A DNA stretch of 64,000 nucleotides from Lophium mytilinum (Eukaryota): NCBI GenBank assembly GCA_010093605.1, contig MU004192.1, positions 126,563 to 190,562 of the forward strand. Direction: 5' to 3'. The notes beneath the pieces were generated by a model. It worked only from the letters and a program-made list of their open reading frames with translations, was not told where the DNA came from and ran no database searches. Each line of letters begins with the position of its first letter. The first letter of the stretch is position 1. The position numbers and the translations under genes are program-made. Positions 58,849 through 64,000 of this stretch are shown here, one piece after another.

Positions 58849-61800
58849 ATGGCAACAATACCACCGTTCTCTGATTTCTCTTACTACGAAGTCAAGGCAA
58901 AGCGGCCCGGTCCTGGGTCTTTCTACCGAGCTGTCGCAGACAGTGTACGGGCAAGGAAGGAGCACCAACTCGTCAAAAGACAAGTTCTCAGCCACGTACT
59001 CTACGTGCTTTCCAATCCGAAGCACCCCCAACACACAATTTATGAGGGGACAGGCGCAAAATGCCAGGAAAAGGGGAAGCCATTGTTCACTTGTCTTGAC
59101 TGCCCGGAGCTTTTTGCCAACGCACAGGTCTATTACGTTGTATCGAAGGCTTTGAACATCAGACTGACCATTTGGAGGTCATTTTTGGACGGCAAACCTA
59201 AGGATTGCGAGTGGATTGGCGGGCCAGTGTCTCTCCCAGAGTGCCACATTCTCGTTCGACGCACCGGAGGCATTGCTACGTATTCTTCCCTGGTTCGCGA
59301 CCATTCCGGGATAGATTTATTGGACTTCTTCAATGAAAATATAAAAAGCCAGGACGTTCGCGATACAGAAGAAGTGCCCACAAGAGACTTCTCCTGTAGC
59401 TGGGATAAATCTTTAGAAGTAGGCGCGACAATAGGCCAGGGACCAACGCGGTTAAAAAACATCATATACTACAACCCCCTTGACTCAGTAAGTTTATCTA
59501 TATTTTTGTTACGTTGATTCCAAGTGTGATGATTTGGTGCTAACCACAAAGATAGTCCGTGCAACGAGGATCGTTGGATCGGATACGTCTCGAAAAACGA
59601 AGGACTTTCAAAGCTTTTGGTCACTCCGTGGAGCGCCCTGAGCAGGTAGCACGGGCTGTGGAGACAATGCTAGAAGCTGTTGCTCGAGCGCCCACACAAG
59701 GGATCTCAATCCGGACAACATCGAACCCGGAGAGCCACAAAACCTTCAAACCATTTGTCGGGATTGATGGCGAGTTCAAAAGTTTACCCGCCTGCTACAC
59801 TGGTGATATGGAAACGCTTCTAATCGAAGACAAAGCCGAAATGTTTCTAAACATTTTACAAATAAATGTAGGCGTCTACGGACAGTTCAACTATCATATC
59901 CTCCATATGATAGAGAATTTCGCCGACTCGGTCGTCGAAGGGCTGACACCATTGCTTGACTTTTTGTTCTCTCCGGAAATTGCGAAAGTCTTCTTTAACC
60001 CTGCGGAGGATATTCATGTCATCAATTGCACAGTGGCGCACCTGTTTCAAGGGACATCGAGGGATGCCTACACCTACAAATCCTATCGACCTATAAATGG
60101 CAGATCTGAGCATGAGGTAACTCCTTCTTGGAAGTTCACTGGACAAAACTTCCAAGGCGAGCGGCCAGCACGCTTTATCTTCCCTCGGGTGCCAACGCCA
60201 TGCTCTTTCCACACTGAAGAGACTGATAGAGGGCTTGCGTGCCCATGTAACACGGGCAATTACGACATCAGCCGCGTGGTTGACTGCATTTGCCGCAATA
60301 TCGAAATGAGTGCTGCGAGAGGAAAGGCAAACTGGGCAAAGCCGGCGTATGGCTACAACTATGCCAATTTTCTCACGGCAGTACTACAAGGCCACAAATT
60401 CCTATCTTTGTTTGTCCATTGGAAGGATGTCCCCAACGCCTTTGCCAGTAGAGGCATGTCAAAGACCGACTTCTACAACTCTATGGGCCCGAGGACACAA
60501 TGGATGAACGAGTACTTCGGATACGGACTTGGAGACGTAGCAGCTATCGTCTACGTCATTCAATTCCTACTCTTCACGAGCGATCGAGTTCGTCTTGCAT
60601 GCTGCCTCTTCAATCATTGCAGCGCCGGCGAGGCAGCTACACTTACATTGCCTTCTAACTCAAGCACGGAGGTAGAGTCTCGACGTTTTGATGCGACCTG
60701 GAGACGTCGCATATCCAGCCACTGGAGCGTAGAAGAGTGCCGCGATGATCTGAAACCGCGGTACCTTTCCGAGTACCGAAGCTTCGGAGACACCCAGCGT
60801 CCGAGCTGTGTTCGGGTTCCAGCAGACCGAACTGCCAACAGCAACGCACCTCAGTCTCTAAAGCTTCGTACACATAGCTATGTGTCACACGAGATCTACC
60901 GGCGACTTTGTCAGGAGAGCTGGGATGAGGTCCAAAACGCACTCGGCTCGTGTCTGGTACATAAGCCGATCCAGCTCTTTACTTGGGTCTCAAGTGAGGA
61001 CGTTGTACGCATCAACAAAGCAAGGTCAATTCTTTGGCAGTTGGCCTTTGACCCGTGTGGATTTGCTTGGCCTGATGAGTTGGGCTGTGTAGCTCCAGCA
61101 GCCAATGCGTGTTCCAAAGACAACAGGCGCTGGGATATACATCCCGACCCGATCGTGCGGAGTGGTCAAAGCTACGAGGAGTGCTTCATTAGCTTTCTTA
61201 AGTCTAAAAGCGGGTCAATGAGTAGTCCGCCTCGGGGCTTTGGCGCTCCAGTCAACCACTGCGACGGCTTGCCCGGCTCTGTTAGTCGGGTTCCCGGAGA
61301 GGACATGCCCTTGGCGCGAGAGATCTACGAAGCGTACCCTCAGCCGGGCTTATATGATGGAAAACATCTAGGTCCCCGAGTAGATGAACCGTGCCGCCCC
61401 CAGCCTTCACCAGTCCGGACAGCCGTGGGCATACTTCCCAGATCAATTTCGCTCATTCCGAAATGGGACAAGGACCAAACACATGCGATGAACTCGTTTA
61501 TGTTCAACTCGTGGGCTTCGGACGCTCGTCAGGAGCTCCGAGACATCGAAAACGAGATTCGTAACGAGTGGGCCCGAAACGAGGACGAGGGTGAGCCAGC
61601 AGAATTCGATGCTTCCGACATCGACGATCCAAATGGTCGAAAGTTTTGGGCTCGTGTACAGACAACCCCAGATTGGAACAAGCCTGCCTATCGAAGGCAA
61701 ATCAAGACACGCGATGGTAGTGGGAACTGGGTGTCCTACGCTACTAAGCAGGCTGATGCTATCAAACAAGCGTTGGCCGATACTGTAGAAGGCTGGAATT

Positions 61801-62051
61801 TTCCGAAGAAAAAGGCAGATCGCACGAAGTCGAGGCCTCGTTCCTGGGCGCTCCCAAAAGTACAAGCCAAAGCGAGCGTGGACAAATGTTTCTCTCGAGC
61901 CGCTCCAGAAAGTTATCAGGCTCCGACACTGCCAGTACCCAGGGGTCCGAAAATCGCGATGCGCAAGGAGTGGCCTCTTGTTGATGGGCAAGAAACGTCC
62001 CGGCCAGCTCAAACGGGCGCCAAATCCTGGGCCGATATCGCCAAGTTGTAG
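58849..62051 (+). CDS. 1044-aa protein: OTU-like N-terminal domain plus DEDDy 3'-5' exonuclease plus unknown C-terminal region
   Basis: Exon 1 (58849-59487, 213 codons) and exon 2 (59556-62051) join in phase 0 across intron 59488-59555 (GTAAGT..GCTAAC..TAG). Exonuclease motifs: 'VGIDGEF', 'KVFFNPAED', 'YGLGDV'. Confidence 0.75.
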
Positions 62052-62602
62052 GGTCGCTTTCTTTTCCTTGATTTTAGGGTGTCGAAACGACAACGGCTTG
62101 CGTCGCCTCGTAGTTTTCGCTTGGCAGAGCTGGAGTGATGTTATTGAAAACACATGTTCAGTTTGTGTTGACGTTGATTGGGATATTAGATTACATAATG
62201 TATCTGCTCATGTTTGAGTTATTTAGGAGAAGATGGAGATTGTCAGCTATAGGTGTGGACACTAGAAGGTTCCTTTCGCAATCTCATTTTGATTAGTCTG
62301 CTTACTATCCGAGTTCAAAGTCAACATCATTCGCTTTCGACATACATTACGTTCCTGTCTGATAGATTAACAAATAGAGCGGGTCAAACGTTCTAATTCT
62401 ATTATGGTGAAGTCTGGGATGGTCATGACTTGTCCCGCGCTTGGCTCTAAAGAAATAGTGAAACCTAGTAGTTTAAATGCCTATATAGAATTCTTAATAT
62501 ATAGTTAATATTTAGATATTATGCATATAATATATAGATCTACTATAGAAACGCTTTTCTATATAGATCTAGTATAATTAAGGCCTATATAGGCCTCTCT
62601 AA

Positions 62603-62804
62603 TGTCACGGACTACAAGAGGCAAGGCACGGAGCACGGTGTTAAGCAAGAAACAGGGTGTATTTACGAAGATAAAGTCGCGTGGAGGTGGAGGTTCCACG
62701 CGGCGCAGGCTAAATACAGGCTGGAGGTGCGAAACCGCGCTAGCGCACGGGCTCACGTAATGTAGCCGAGGGCACGTAATATATGTAGAGCTGGATCCGT
62801 TATA
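62603..62804 (-). mobile_element. 3' LTR (202 bp) of a Ty3/gypsy element
   Basis: Terminal inverted repeats TGTCACGGA...TCCGTTATA (RIP-mutated ..TACA). An adjacent polypurine tract (minus strand AGGGGGGTAG) lies at 62805-62815. Confidence 0.8.
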
Positions 62805-64000
62805 CTACCCCCCTAAAATAAAGAAGAAAGGCTATAGAAAGGAAAGGCTGCATAGTAAGGCTATAGACTAAGGAAAATAAAATACTAAGAAAATATAGTT
62901 ATAAGTAATTAAATAAGAACTATATAAGAAAGGGGCGTACTTATAGTATTATAAAGGTAGGCGTTTCTATTAAGATAGCTTAGCTAGCTAGATATAGTAG
63001 AGGATCTAGGTCTTAGAGCTATAAATAATATTATAATATTACTATATAAGGTATATAATTAAAGTTAATAAATGCGCGTATTATAGATTATAAGCGCGCG
63101 CTTATTAAGAACCTATTACTAATTTAGGTTAGGCCTAAAATCTAGATAAGGGCTATTAGTATTAGGGTAATAGTAGTAGAACTTACTAATAAGCTTATTA
63201 GCGCTATATTTACTAAAGTTAGTCTAGTTCTACTATATCTATAGCTTAGTATAGCCTTTATACTAGGCGCGGTATTATAGCTTATAGCTATAGCGGCCGT
63301 ATTATAGCTAGCGGCTATCTATAATAAAGTTAATTAGCTATATATTAATATAGTCTTATTTATTATTAGTTATTCTATAAGGGTTAATAACTTATACTAG
63401 TAGAGGCGGAGCTAGATTCTATTCTAGTATAGGCCGGGGCTTAAATAAATAGAGTAGGTAAGAGTAGAAGACATTATATATATAATATTCTTTAAGTAAT
63501 ATTTCTATAAAGTTAAGCTAGAAGGCGTAACTCTAATTAATAACTTTAGTAATATAGAATAGGCTAAGATTCTTATAGTTAAGTAAGTAATTAGGGCGTT
63601 AGGTTTTAATATTATATATATTAAGCTAGACTAGGTTATCTACCTTAAGATATAGTAGTAGTTAATAATATTAATTTATAAAGTAAGCTTATATAGCTAT
63701 AGCCTAAGTAATAGTATAGTAATATTCTTTAAGAATCTTATTTATCTAATTAGCGTATTAATTAGCGAGCAGCTACTTATTATATACTATAGCGCGGCCT
63801 ATAACTAGCGTAGAAGGTTTAATACCTAATTGCGGGTAGAAGCCGCGTATAGCGAAGAAGAAAGTAAAACCTATTAAGGCGGATTTATAGTTATTAACTA
63901 TAAATTTACTAAAAGAAAGATAATTAACCTAGTTATCTTATTAGTATAAAATAAACTAATAGAGGTAGGCCTTTATTATAGAGTTAGTATTCTTAGTTTA
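62805..64000 (-). mobile_element. RIP-inactivated Ty3/gypsy chromovirus pol 3' end (integrase GPY/F region and chromodomain relic); continues beyond the window
   Basis: Minus-strand translation 'LKVDNLV*LNIYNIKT*RPNYLLNYKNLSLFYITKVI...IYNVFYSYLL' reverts by transitions to 'LKVGDLVWL..NIKT.RP...LDHKNLGPF.I....IHNVFH..LL'. The downstream 'YKGY...*..*TNF...LISKFYYYYP' is chromodomain-like. Confidence 0.8.

Overview
This is eukaryotic genomic DNA from a filamentous ascomycete (Pezizomycotina-type genes with short GT..AG introns and CTRAC/CTAAY branch points). GC-balanced gene blocks alternate with three AT-rich islands (about 28.6-35.3 kb, 39.4-42.7 kb and 62.45-64 kb) that carry the TpA-rich, CpA/TpG-depleted signature of repeat-induced point mutation (RIP). 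About 20 protein-coding genes are supported: a vWA-like protein, two orphan disordered proteins, a UBE2G/Ubc7-type E2, an aldo-keto reductase, a JMJD5-like JmjC protein, a PTH11-like membrane protein, an OCD/mu-crystallin (PrnX-like) protein, RPL8, GPI18, a secreted Cys/Ser/Thr-rich protein, an OB-fold protein, an Apd1-like ferredoxin, a GFA protein, a Zn2Cys6 TF paired with deoxyribose-phosphate aldolase, a large acidic protein, AHA1, an NAD(P)-binding protein and a 1044-aa two-exon gene. The most interesting items are: (1) that 1044-aa gene, which appears to fuse a catalytically altered OTU-like domain to an intact DEDDy 3'-5' exonuclease next to a RIP-mutated chromovirus; (2) an OB-fold protein resembling shieldin subunit SHLD2, isolated between two RIP islands; (3) a degenerate array of about 177-bp repeats at 11.6-12.9 kb; (4) a family of microsatellite-containing solo LTRs with 5-bp target-site duplications, one nested in a (TAA)n-tailed repeat. 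All protein assignments come from motif recognition by eye; no database searches were run.
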